In this document: positions 40,254-49,704 of the stretch, piece after piece
How positions within the stretch are numbered: position 1 is the stretch's first letter
Layout of the letters: every line of letters starts with the position of its first letter
NCBI GenBank assembly: GCA_963674735.2
Contig: CAXXQS010000001.1
Coordinates: 1,312,001-1,376,000, forward strand
Length of the DNA: 64,000 nucleotides
Source: Myxococcota bacterium
GTDB lineage: Bacteria > Myxococcota_A > SURF-8
Reading direction: 5' to 3'
Translations under genes and position numbers: made by a program
The notes under the pieces: generated by a model
What the model was told of the DNA's origin: nothing
What the model saw: only the letters and a program-made list of their open reading frames with translations
Databases searched by the model: none

Positions 40254-41408
40254 TTGAAACAACGAAGAAATACGCTTAAGTTTGTCGCACTTGGATGGCT
40301 GCTGATCGGTTTTGGAATCGGTGGGTTTTTATGGGCTGCGGCACCGCAAGAGGTTCCGGGCTTCGATGTCGTCTATCCACCCTCGGATAGCGCCCTGATT
40401 TTCAGCCACCGTATCCACAAAGGTTTTGAGTGCGCGACTTGCCACAAAGAGGCACAAACCAGTTCAAAAGCGGCAGACCGGCTGATTCCGACCGAAGCGA
40501 TCTGCGGGCGTTGTCATGCAAATCAGGTTCGAACGCAGGTCAACGAAGCCGGAACCGCCGCACGATGCGCAACCTGTCATCGGGATTACAAGCCCGACAA
40601 CTCGGCCAGGCCGGATCGCGTCAACTGGCCGACCGCCAATCTCGTCTTTTCGCATCAAACGCACGTGCAGCGGATGATGAAGTGCGAAAGCTGTCACATC
40701 GGGGTGGCCGATTCCGATCAATCCGGCGGCCGTCATCTGCCACGTGAAGCGCATTGTTTGAGCTGCCACGGCGGTAAACGCAGTACGGCCGACTGCAACC
40801 AATGCCATCCCGATCTGCCTTCGGGAGAAATGCAGACGGATTTCAAAGGGAAAAAGCTCATCCCGTCTTCGGGCGTAATGAATCATTTTCGGGACTGGAC
40901 GCGTCGTCATGCGAAAGAGGCGGCTTATCAGGAACGTAGTTGCAAAACCTGTCACCAGCAACGCTTCTGCAATGCCTGTCACGACGGCGTCATGAAACCG
41001 ATGAAAATCCATCCTGAAGACTATGCGACGATGCATTCGATCGATGCACGTAAGAACCGTAACAAATGCTCGTCCTGCCACCGATACCAGAGCTTTTGTG
41101 TGGATTGCCACACGAAAATGGGGGTCAGTACGAAATCCGAACTAAAATCGCGCAGGGCGAAAATTCATCCCGATGGGTTCGGCGACTGCCAGGCCGGACC
41201 CAATCATCATGGGTTCCAGGCGAAACGCTCGCTGTCATCCTGTGTCAGTTGTCATACGGAAGAAGACTGCCTTCGCTGTCATCAAGTCGGCGCGCCATGC
41301 GGAGGCGGTGTTCGTATCCATCGGCACATGAGCAAGAAGCAACTTTCGAGAATGAAGAAACAAAACTCGCGCGCGTGCAAGAAGTGTCATGGCGACAATA
41401 TTCCATAG
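40254..41408 (+). CDS. Exported multiheme cytochrome c with 13 CxxCH motifs
   Basis: CATCH, CGRCH, CATCH, CESCH, CLSCH, CNQCH, CKTCH, CNACH, CSSCH, CVDCH, CVSCH, CLRCH, CKKCH; FSHxxH c3/c7-type ligands; TTG start after ggag. Confidence 0.93.
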   Translation: MKQRRNTLKFVALGWLLIGFGIGGFLWAAAPQEVPGFDVVYPPSDSALIFSHRIHKGFECATCHKEAQTSSKAADRLIPTEAICGRCHANQVRTQVNEAGTAARCATCHRDYKPDNSARPDRVNWPTANLVFSHQTHVQRMMKCESCHIGVADSDQSGGRHLPREAHCLSCHGGKRSTADCNQCHPDLPSGEMQTDFKGKKLIPSSGVMNHFRDWTRRHAKEAAYQERSCKTCHQQRFCNACHDGVMKPMKIHPEDYATMHSIDARKNRNKCSSCHRYQSFCVDCHTKMGVSTKSELKSRRAKIHPDGFGDCQAGPNHHGFQAKRSLSSCVSCHTEEDCLRCHQVGAPCGGGVRIHRHMSKKQLSRMKKQNSRACKKCHGDNIP

Positions 41409-41862
41409 ATCACAATTAGCTGTTTTTATGTTTTTTACGCTGCTGTTGGTTTCTCTCGGGCTAACGGCATGTTCGAACGTCAACGAAGATGAGCGGGTTT
41501 ATCCGCTGGAAAACCGTCCGGCTCTTGTCGTCAGCGACTCTTGTCCGCTTGAAGGGCAGGAGGATGTATCGATTGAAGCAGTTATTCGCGTTCGATTCAA
41601 CAAAGCGCTCGATCCCAGCACCGTCACCGAGCGCAACATTCTTTTGGGCAGCGGTCGCTATCATGTCAAAGGAACTGTCATATATGACGACCGACTCGTA
41701 ACCTACATTCCTGTCGAACCGCTATATTCTGAAACGGATTATGCTCTGTACATCAGTTCTGCGGTACGTGACGAGGATGGTTTCTCTTCCTCGCCGGATT
41801 ATGTCGTACTGCGATTTATGACAGGAGACCCCGGGGTTTCAACATGTCGATGGGTGGAATAG
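41389..41862 (+). CDS. Lipoprotein with SbsA/Big_5-type Ig-like domain
   Basis: LTAC lipobox; IRVRFNKALDPSTV, PL..ETDY, VRDEDG, FMTG. Confidence 0.85.
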   Translation: MATIFHRSQLAVFMFFTLLLVSLGLTACSNVNEDERVYPLENRPALVVSDSCPLEGQEDVSIEAVIRVRFNKALDPSTVTERNILLGSGRYHVKGTVIYDDRLVTYIPVEPLYSETDYALYISSAVRDEDGFSSSPDYVVLRFMTGDPGVSTCRWVE

Positions 41863-41893
41863 CTTTGAATTCTTCTAAATAATGGATAATTAC

Positions 41894-41921
41894 TTGACAC
41901 TGAACCCAATGCCGTTACAAT
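41894..41921 (+). promoter_or_regulatory. Sigma70 promoter
   Basis: TTGACA-16-TACAAT upstream of 41997. Confidence 0.6.
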
Positions 41922-41996
41922 ATCACTCCCAACGGAGCGTGGGTCTAAACGACGCGAAATGAACAAAAATGTCACTTAATAGCCCGGGTTGTAGTT

Positions 41997-43538
41997 TTGA
42001 CTAAAACAATTGCCGAAAGGCCGCTTCCCAAAAAGCTTTATCAAGCCTTTCTGGATAGCTTCACCGGATATCTGGACGTATCGAGTCGCGGTCGGGTGTG
42101 GATGAATGCCGGTAATTTAGCCCACATTGAGCTGTCGGGTGGCGGTATATCCTATTCGAATCTTATCGTGCAGTATGGTTTTGCCGATGCATCTCGCATT
42201 GAATCTGTTTTGCAGATGAGCGAGCACAATGTCTCGGACCAGTCTATGTTTTTACACCGCCATGGCGTGATCAATGACGATCAGCTTGAATACATAAAAA
42301 AGCAGAAGATATTCCACGACTTATCTGCCATATTTCAGGTAGATGATGAGGTTTCTACTGTCGCCTTGACGAATATCGATGAAAAAGCGCGAACGAAGGT
42401 GACCGTATTTGAGGCTCTTTTCACAATTTTGCGATTTTTTAGCACGCCCGATCAAATCAGTTTGATGGAAGAGCGTTTAACCGATGTTCTGATTATGCCG
42501 CAGAGCAACCTTCCCTACATTCTTCCGGCTCTGAATTTCGACAGCAATATCTTAACGGCGTTGAAGAATTGGCAAACACCGCGCAGTCGAAACGATTTTT
42601 TCACCATCACCGGGCTTGATATTCGTAGCGGTCTTGCCGTTATCGAACTGTTGAAATTGGTTGATGCTCTGGTTATCAAATCCAGACAGGCGCGATATAC
42701 AGTTGAGGTCGAAGCCGCCCCACAAGAAGATGACCCCATCAAGCAGGCTTCGCAAGCACCGTTGAACTCGCCTTCCGCGTCAGCGAAACCGTCTGGCGCA
42801 GATTCCCCTACCCAATCAAAGAAAGCGGCAAGCCCTACACTCTCAAAAGATGAAAGGGAGTTGAAGGCTGAAATCGAAAAGCGCCTGAAGCTTGGGGAGT
42901 CCTCTAACCCCTTGACGATTCTGGGTGTTCAGGAGAGTTCTTCACCGACGGAAATTAAAGCGGCGTACATGAACTTGGTGCGGCGTCTTCATCCGGACCG
43001 TCTGGGCGGAACGCCTTTGGAATCGCTGAAAGACAAATGCTCGGAGGTCTTCACCAGTATCGGTAATGCGTATCAAATGCTCACGAATGCCGACGAGCGA
43101 AAGCTGTTTATCGAGGCGTTGCATGATCCTATTATCAAAGGCGATATGCATAAATTCGAGATGCGTCGCAGGGCCGATCTCGATATCCAGAAAACGAAAA
43201 TACTCTTTAAAAAACGCGACTACAAAGGCGTGATTCCCCAAGCCGATCATACCTTGGCGATCTTTCCTTACAACCCGGAAATCCTCGCGATGAAGGCTTG
43301 GGCCATTTACAACGTCTCCAAAGATAAAGACGCCGTTTTGTCTGATGTTTTGATGCAATTGGAAAAAGCGCTGAAATTGAATCCACGCACCGAACTCGCG
43401 CATTTCTGCAAAGCGAAGCTGGCACGTATTCAAGGCGACAAAAAGACGGCGATTCTACATTTCAGTATCACCCTCAAGCTGAATCCGAACAACGTAGAAG
43501 CGCAACGCGAACTTCGCTTGCTCAAGGCCCACGACTAG
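41997..43538 (+). CDS. J-domain (DnaJ-like) protein with N-terminal DUF4388-like region and C-terminal TPR
   Basis: ILGV..EIKAAY..LVRRLHPDR..AYQML; TPR end ALKLNP..LKLNPNNVEAQRELRLL. Confidence 0.85.
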   Translation: MTKTIAERPLPKKLYQAFLDSFTGYLDVSSRGRVWMNAGNLAHIELSGGGISYSNLIVQYGFADASRIESVLQMSEHNVSDQSMFLHRHGVINDDQLEYIKKQKIFHDLSAIFQVDDEVSTVALTNIDEKARTKVTVFEALFTILRFFSTPDQISLMEERLTDVLIMPQSNLPYILPALNFDSNILTALKNWQTPRSRNDFFTITGLDIRSGLAVIELLKLVDALVIKSRQARYTVEVEAAPQEDDPIKQASQAPLNSPSASAKPSGADSPTQSKKAASPTLSKDERELKAEIEKRLKLGESSNPLTILGVQESSSPTEIKAAYMNLVRRLHPDRLGGTPLESLKDKCSEVFTSIGNAYQMLTNADERKLFIEALHDPIIKGDMHKFEMRRRADLDIQKTKILFKKRDYKGVIPQADHTLAIFPYNPEILAMKAWAIYNVSKDKDAVLSDVLMQLEKALKLNPRTELAHFCKAKLARIQGDKKTAILHFSITLKLNPNNVEAQRELRLLKAHD

Positions 43539-43643
43539 CATCGCGTCTCTAAACAAAATCCCGACTACCAGAAAAGCCGACACCGCAAGAACGAGTGCCG
43601 GGCATTTCTGCCAGCCAATTTACTTTTTGAGATCAAGCCGTTG

Positions 43644-43937
43644 TCAGTCGCCTTCGGGTGGATACCAGGTTTGGAGAATTTCGACAATCTGCTTGGCCTG
43701 TTTGGCACTCGATATGTTGAATTTACTCTGCATCTGGTAGCGCCCGTTGTATTTCTTGTAACGACGGATCGATGCTTTCGGCGCATTGAATTCACCGGAT
43801 TGCCGGTCGACTTCGGCGTATTTGAACATGATGGTGGTCCAACTACCCTTGGTAAGAACCTGCTTGTCCAGTTCCTTGGTTAGGACTTGTCCGTTTTCTT
43901 CGTATTCGATTGTGATTTCGTCAATTGTTTCAGCCAT
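43644..43937 (-). CDS. Conserved-looking hypothetical protein (97 aa)
   Basis: gagga RBS; LTKGSWTTIMF, IRRYKK, SKFNISS. Confidence 0.75.
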   Translation of the reverse strand: MAETIDEITIEYEENGQVLTKELDKQVLTKGSWTTIMFKYAEVDRQSGEFNAPKASIRRYKKYNGRYQMQSKFNISSAKQAKQIVEILQTWYPPEGD

Positions 43938-43938
43938 A

Positions 43939-44313
43939 CTATCCTCGATCCCCCTGATTTAATAAATGATTTAACTCGGTACGTGCCGCTTCATCCAGCG
44001 GATCGAACGCGATACCCATACCTGGAAGATTCGGGTCCCGGTCCTCATCCCGGTTGAGATTGACCCATACGACGACTCCTGTCAAGTCGAATGCGGCAGA
44101 ATTCGGCATTTCAGGAAAGCGCATGGTCAAACGTTCTCCGATATCAAGGAGAAAATCGGAGGTGAGAAAGGCCCCGCCTTCACTGATGTTATCCGTATCG
44201 AACCAGATTTTGCCGTTCAGATCCTGGCTTTCGCTGATGATGCGAACGTTGAAGGGATGCCTTTCGAATTGCCGACGGCTTTCTTTAGGGGTGCTCTGTT
44301 CAGATCCGCTCAT
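43939..44313 (-). CDS. PilZ domain protein
   Basis: RRQFER (RxxxR), DNISEGG, GVVVW, GMGIAF. Confidence 0.9.
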   Translation of the reverse strand: MSGSEQSTPKESRRQFERHPFNVRIISESQDLNGKIWFDTDNISEGGAFLTSDFLLDIGERLTMRFPEMPNSAAFDLTGVVVWVNLNRDEDRDPNLPGMGIAFDPLDEAARTELNHLLNQGDRG

Positions 44314-44315
44314 GC

Positions 44316-45140
44316 CTATTTCCCTTGGTAATTTGGCGCTTTTCGCGCGGCAAAGGCTGCAATGGCTTCCATCAGGTCTTCCGATGGCAGAATCGGGGTA
44401 TTACGCGCCGCCACATATTCCAGGGTGTCCTGGATGGGCCGCCCACGATTCCAGTTCATCACTTCTTTGGAAGCCTGAACGGCAAGTGGCGCGTTGGCGA
44501 CAATTTTTTTCGCCATCTCTTCCGCCGCTTCGAGCAGTTGTTCACGGGTTTCGTAAACATCGTTGACCAGGCCGATCCGGAAGGCGCGGTCGACATCGAT
44601 GTCTTCGGCAGTAAAGGCCAATTGCCGAGTGTGTCCTTCGCCGATAATGTACGGCAGGCGCTGCAAACTGCCGAGGTCGGCCATGATCGCCACTTTCGCT
44701 TCTCGTAGTGAAAAGGTGGCATCCTGGGCCGCCAGACGAATATCGCAGGCGGCGGCCAGATCCAGACCACCTCCGATGCACCAGCCGTGAATGGCGGCGA
44801 TAACCGGTTTGCGGCATTTTTCGACCGACGTAATCGCTTCCTGGAAACGGCGAATCATACGCAGAACGCGCGGTTTGCTGGCTGCCGGAGCCGGAATGGC
44901 CATCAGAGACGGTTCCAGGCTAGCGAAAGCCATCAGGTCCAAGCCGGCACAGAACGCGCGACCTTCTCCGAAAAGAACCACGGCTCGCACTTCGTCGTTA
45001 TCTTCGATTTCATCGAAAGACGCCACTAAATCATCCTGGAATGTCGCTCCCATGGCATTGAGTTTCTTGGGATTATCCAGGATCACATGGGCGATGTGTT
45101 CCTTGATTTCAACACGAATTACAGCGGCGGTTTCGGTCAT
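44316..45140 (-). CDS. Crotonase family enzyme (dienoyl-CoA isomerase/enoyl-CoA hydratase-like)
   Basis: AFCAGLDL, KPVIAAIHGWCIGGG, REAKVAIMADLGSLQRL. Confidence 0.92.
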   Translation of the reverse strand: MTETAAVIRVEIKEHIAHVILDNPKKLNAMGATFQDDLVASFDEIEDNDEVRAVVLFGEGRAFCAGLDLMAFASLEPSLMAIPAPAASKPRVLRMIRRFQEAITSVEKCRKPVIAAIHGWCIGGGLDLAAACDIRLAAQDATFSLREAKVAIMADLGSLQRLPYIIGEGHTRQLAFTAEDIDVDRAFRIGLVNDVYETREQLLEAAEEMAKKIVANAPLAVQASKEVMNWNRGRPIQDTLEYVAARNTPILPSEDLMEAIAAFAARKAPNYQGK

Positions 45141-45223
45141 GACGTCCTCCTTGAAAATTCTTAGTCCGAAGTATATCGGGCGCAGCTCTTTCGGGCAAGC
45201 GTTATGCTAAAAAATCCAAGACG

Positions 45224-45251
45224 TTGACCCTGCAAGTCAAAAGAGTATAAT
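45224..45251 (+). promoter_or_regulatory. Sigma70 promoter with overlapping TTGAC-N7-GTCAA palindrome
   Basis: TTGACC-16-TATAAT. Confidence 0.55.
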
Positions 45252-45282
45252 CAGCCGAAATCGACCTTTAAAGGATTGGGAC

Positions 45283-45954
45283 ATGCTTGAAGCGGTTTTC
45301 TTCGATATGGACAACACCCTCGTGAATTCCGAATGGGCGGCGGCGCGTGCCGTCCGAAATGCCTTGGCCCGTTACGGAAGAGAACTGTCCAAGGCGGACG
45401 AAGAAGCCGTGATCGGCCTGCCTTGGGAAACGATTTTCGCGAACACTGTTAGAGATTACAGCTTGCCGATTGGAATCGAGCGGCTTCGCGATGAGATCCT
45501 GGCGGAAAAAGCCGCAATTTTGGAAGGCAACTTAACGGCATTGCCGGGAGCCGTCGAGGCCGTCAAACTTTGTGCCCAACACTGGCCGGTGGCGGTGGTC
45601 TCGGGCAGTTATCGCCGTGAAATCGATGAGACACTTAGCCAAATCGGGGTGCAGGAATGGGTCCGGTTTTTTGTCGCCAATGATGATATTTCTCCCGGCA
45701 AACCCGCCCCCGATCCCTATTTGGAGGCCGCGCGGCAACTCGGGGTGGATCCTACGCGATGCCTGGTCTTCGAAGACAGCGAAATGGGCGTTTGCTCGGC
45801 GAAAGCGGCCGGGATGACCTGCGTGGCGGTCGCATACGCCAATGAAACCGGGATGGATCTGGGCGGGGCGGACCTGGTGATTCCCTCTTTGGAAACCGTA
45901 ACGAACGAGTGGTTGGAGACGATGCCATGGAATACAGAGGCGACGGGAAATTAA
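45283..45954 (+). CDS. HAD-family phosphatase (CbbY/beta-PGM-like)
   Basis: FDMDNTL, VSGS, KPAPDPY, VFEDS. Confidence 0.92.
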   Translation: MLEAVFFDMDNTLVNSEWAAARAVRNALARYGRELSKADEEAVIGLPWETIFANTVRDYSLPIGIERLRDEILAEKAAILEGNLTALPGAVEAVKLCAQHWPVAVVSGSYRREIDETLSQIGVQEWVRFFVANDDISPGKPAPDPYLEAARQLGVDPTRCLVFEDSEMGVCSAKAAGMTCVAVAYANETGMDLGGADLVIPSLETVTNEWLETMPWNTEATGN

Positions 45955-46469
45955 TCGAATACAACCGCATTACGCCCAGCCTGGGACCGGGCTGCTGCCT
46001 GTTCGACGGTGCGTCGGTGATCGGTGATGTGGTTCTCGGCGATGCGTGCTCGGTGTGGTTCAATACCGTAATCCGTGGGGATGTGAACCAAATCCGGATC
46101 GGATCGAAAACCAATATTCAAGACTTGAGCATGATCCACTGCACCACCGCCAAATATCCCACCCTTATCGGCGACGAGGTGACGATCGGCCATAAGGCGA
46201 TGATTCACGGAGCCATTATCGATCAAAGAGTGCTGGTGGGTATGGGAGCCATTATTCTCGACAATGCACATATCCGTGAAAACACGATTATCGGGGCGGG
46301 TTCGCTGGTTTTGCAGAACTCCGACTTTCCCCCGAATGTTTTGGTTGTCGGATCTCCGGCTCGGGTCAAGCGCGAGTTACGTCAAGACGAGATCGACATG
46401 TTTGCCTGGACGGCCGACCACTACAAACATCTGGCCGACAACTACTTCGAAAAAGGCATCTATCCATAA
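45927..46469 (+). CDS. Gamma carbonic anhydrase family protein
   Basis: IRGDVNQIRIG, NIQD, IH, TIGH..MIHG hexapeptide repeats. Confidence 0.92.
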   Translation: MEYRGDGKLIEYNRITPSLGPGCCLFDGASVIGDVVLGDACSVWFNTVIRGDVNQIRIGSKTNIQDLSMIHCTTAKYPTLIGDEVTIGHKAMIHGAIIDQRVLVGMGAIILDNAHIRENTIIGAGSLVLQNSDFPPNVLVVGSPARVKRELRQDEIDMFAWTADHYKHLADNYFEKGIYP

Positions 46470-48782
46470 ATGCTCATGAATTCGAGACACCGCGCTCTAT
46501 GCGGGACGTGCCTTGTCGGGTTGTTGTGGCTTTTCGTTTTTCGTGTAAACGTTTCGGCTGCGGAAGCTCTGAACCTTGAATCGCTTACTCCTGAAAACCT
46601 TCTCCTGCGCGCCGAACGCCTGGTGCATGATCCCGCCAACGGAACCGTCGACGCCGAAGGGATGGCGATTGTCGAAGCGGGCGAATGGCTGGTATCGGCT
46701 AACCACATCCTCCTGAATCTACATACCGGCGCTCTCGATTTCGATGGGCACGTCCACCTGCAAGGTCCGGGGACGTCGCTTCGATCTGAAAGTCTGCATC
46801 TTGAGGCCGCAGGCAAGCAATGGCGTGTTAGCGGGATGTGGCTGGTTGTTTGCGAAGGATCGGATAGCCGTTGCGAGACGGCGAAGCGAAAACGATTTCA
46901 GGTTAAGAGCGCGTTGCTTGAACGATCCGAGGATGGTCGGTGGCAACTCACCGATGTGTGGTTTTCCCCATGCGACTGTAGAAATGATGCACCGAGCTGG
47001 GCGATGCGCTGCGAAAAAGCGGATTTGCACGAGAACGAACGAGTGCGACTCACGCGGCCGGTTCTCGAAGTGAAGGGGACGCCGGTTTTCGCCTTGCCTT
47101 ATGCCGAAATTCCACTCAGTCAACGGCGTTCCGGTTTTCTCGCCCCCTCGTTCGGTTATAGCGACACACTGGGTTTTGTTGCGGCCGAGGATTACTTCTG
47201 GGCAACCAGCCGACAAAACGATCTGACGTTCGGCTTGCTGGGTGCGACTGAAAAAGGCGTGAAACCAGCGGGAGAATTTCGATACGAAAGGACGCGCCTG
47301 TCGGGGCGAGTCGGCGCGGCTTATTTATACGACCTCCAGGGCGATCGGGAAGACGTCGCCACCCATCGTTTCGATTTCAGGTGGTGGCAAGACTGGCGGC
47401 CTCTACGTGGATTGCGCCAGAAATCGGATCTGACCTTGATTTCGGATGCGGATATGCAGGGTGATTTCGCGCGTGATTGGCGCAGCCGCGAGTCCGATTG
47501 GGTGGAGAATCGCCTGCAGATTCATACGGAAAACGAGACTTTCTTCGCGGGTGTCGAATTCGGTTTGATGCAGGAACGCTTCAGTGCCGTCGAAGCCGAC
47601 GGCCAGTTGTGGTCCCGTCGCGCATTGAACCAACCTGCGACGCTGCCCATGGTTCGGTTGAGTCTACCGGCGCATCCCTTTTTCGGCGGGGGATTACTCG
47701 TTTCGTCCGAGGTGGAGGCCGCCTGGATGACGCGGACCTCGGGCCGTTATGATGACGTGGGGCGGGATGGATTCCCTTACGACGCGCTCGACGAACGATT
47801 GGCGGATTCCGACCGAAGCGAGGGTGACAACCGTTTTCAAACGGGTGAGCCGGTGGCCGAGGCGGGGCGCTTTACCTTTCGCGAAAGGCTGTATTCGCCC
47901 GTGTCGTTCGGTCGCTTTGCACAACTGATTTTCGATGGAGGACTGGCTGCCAGCGGTTATTGGCTGACGGCCGATCACGACGAACAAGCGGGCGACGTGT
48001 GGGGCGATGCCGGGGCGACGCTTTCGTCTTCTCTTTATCGCTTATTCGATCTGCCCAGGGAAAAACGGTTCAAGCACGAAATGACGGCCTGGCTGTCGTG
48101 GCATAGCGTGCTTTTCGACGAACAGGCGGGAGCGATACAAGGCGAAACCTTGCGGTATTTGTCGCCCCTCGATTTTCGTGTAGCGCCGCATCGCGGTGAT
48201 GTGGGGATACGGCAGCGATTCGTTTTTTCGAAACAAAACGAGACAGGGTCAACCGTCAGCGCGGATCTGCTGATCTCCCAGGGGGTCTTTGCAGACTCGG
48301 CTACCCGTGAAAAAATGGATGGGATTTTAGATGATACTCAGGCGGCCCTCGATCTGCATTCCAAACACGTCATGTTTCATAGCGATCTCGGTATCCGCTG
48401 GACCGATCCCGGAATCGGCAGCGCCACAACCTGGCTCGATCTCGGACCGCTTCAAGGGATGTCGTTGCGGGGAGGGCATTCCTACCTGGCACCCGGCCCT
48501 GCTAAAGGCCGTTGGATCGAGCAATGGCGCGAAACGCCATCCGAGGGCATCCATGCTTTGATGATGGAGCCGAGTTATTCGTATCGCAACATCATAACCG
48601 CCTCCTATGGTGTCGATGTCTCACTGGCGGCGTTTGCGTTGGTCGAGCAGGTTTGGCGGTTGGGCTATCGCTCTCCCTGCCGTTGCTGGCGGGCCGATCT
48701 GTCCATTTATCACCGGCCCGGGCAAACCGCGCCGGACGTCTATTTCAGCCTTGACCTGACGCCGTTTCTGGATGGGGGTTGA
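46470..48782 (+). CDS. lptD: LPS-assembly protein LptD
   Basis: FSPCDC..PSW, PVFALPY..P...RRSGFLAP, C-terminal YRSPCRCW. Confidence 0.8.
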   Translation: MLMNSRHRALCGTCLVGLLWLFVFRVNVSAAEALNLESLTPENLLLRAERLVHDPANGTVDAEGMAIVEAGEWLVSANHILLNLHTGALDFDGHVHLQGPGTSLRSESLHLEAAGKQWRVSGMWLVVCEGSDSRCETAKRKRFQVKSALLERSEDGRWQLTDVWFSPCDCRNDAPSWAMRCEKADLHENERVRLTRPVLEVKGTPVFALPYAEIPLSQRRSGFLAPSFGYSDTLGFVAAEDYFWATSRQNDLTFGLLGATEKGVKPAGEFRYERTRLSGRVGAAYLYDLQGDREDVATHRFDFRWWQDWRPLRGLRQKSDLTLISDADMQGDFARDWRSRESDWVENRLQIHTENETFFAGVEFGLMQERFSAVEADGQLWSRRALNQPATLPMVRLSLPAHPFFGGGLLVSSEVEAAWMTRTSGRYDDVGRDGFPYDALDERLADSDRSEGDNRFQTGEPVAEAGRFTFRERLYSPVSFGRFAQLIFDGGLAASGYWLTADHDEQAGDVWGDAGATLSSSLYRLFDLPREKRFKHEMTAWLSWHSVLFDEQAGAIQGETLRYLSPLDFRVAPHRGDVGIRQRFVFSKQNETGSTVSADLLISQGVFADSATREKMDGILDDTQAALDLHSKHVMFHSDLGIRWTDPGIGSATTWLDLGPLQGMSLRGGHSYLAPGPAKGRWIEQWRETPSEGIHALMMEPSYSYRNIITASYGVDVSLAAFALVEQVWRLGYRSPCRCWRADLSIYHRPGQTAPDVYFSLDLTPFLDGG

Positions 48783-48835
48783 TTGGTCTGAAACGGAAGT
48801 TGCTGGGGACCGGCGGATGAAACGTCATTCAACAC

Positions 48836-49504
48836 CTACTTGTAGCTCTTCATGTCCAACTTGAACAAATACTCGATACCGTCCGGCGTTTTCTCGAAGC
48901 TGGCGTAGAAACGACCCGTGACCGTCATGGTGATAACGCTGCGGTAAAGCAGCTCACGATCGACCTGCAGGGCTTCATCGGTCGACTCGATGTAGATCAG
49001 GTCAGCGAGGGTAGGGGGATTGCAGAAAACGCAGCCCGCCATGACCACCGAGGGATTGCACAACCAGAAGCGTGTCATTTTGCCGTCTTTTCCGGGAGAA
49101 TCGATCGGCATGATCGCACCGGTGATGGTCACCGCCGCTCCGTGGATGCGCGGGAGTCCCTGCTCAAAAAATGTTTTATGAATTTTGTAGTATTGATAAT
49201 TGAGAGTGAGGTTGCGAAACGTCAACGTCTTCGGATTTTTCCAGTCCGGTTCCAGTAATTTTAGCGTTTGCTGCGGTTTATCGACATGCCCGCGAGCACG
49301 TAAGACGGCATCGGTTCCATGCTTTTTCACGCGTGTTTCGAATGCATCGGCCGGAGGATTCAGAGACCGGGAGTCGTTTTGATTGATAAAAAGACTGAGG
49401 CTGTTCGAAAACGGATTTGCATAGGCCGCAACCGACTGACAGAGAAACAAAACGACAAAGACCGTGAGCGTTGAAAGGGGAATCGACAAGCGGGAGTCCG
49501 GCAT
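48836..49504 (-). CDS. DUF3299-like exported protein
   Basis: Signal peptide; HGAAVTITGAIMP; AGCVFCNPP. Confidence 0.65.
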   Translation of the reverse strand: MPDSRLSIPLSTLTVFVVLFLCQSVAAYANPFSNSLSLFINQNDSRSLNPPADAFETRVKKHGTDAVLRARGHVDKPQQTLKLLEPDWKNPKTLTFRNLTLNYQYYKIHKTFFEQGLPRIHGAAVTITGAIMPIDSPGKDGKMTRFWLCNPSVVMAGCVFCNPPTLADLIYIESTDEALQVDRELLYRSVITMTVTGRFYASFEKTPDGIEYLFKLDMKSYK

Positions 49505-49704
49505 TTTCAGGTAATCCTTTCTGGAAACGGCGATGATCCGACATGATTGGTAACATGTCATTCTCGCGAAGTATTCCGCGAGCGGTCGGCATTATAGGTC
49601 TCGGAATGGCTGTATGCAAGTGGGTTATCGATAAAATCACGACGATTGAGTTTGACGAATCGGGTTTCGAGCCGCAATATAACAGTCGTGAAAGCGAGGC
49701 ATGT

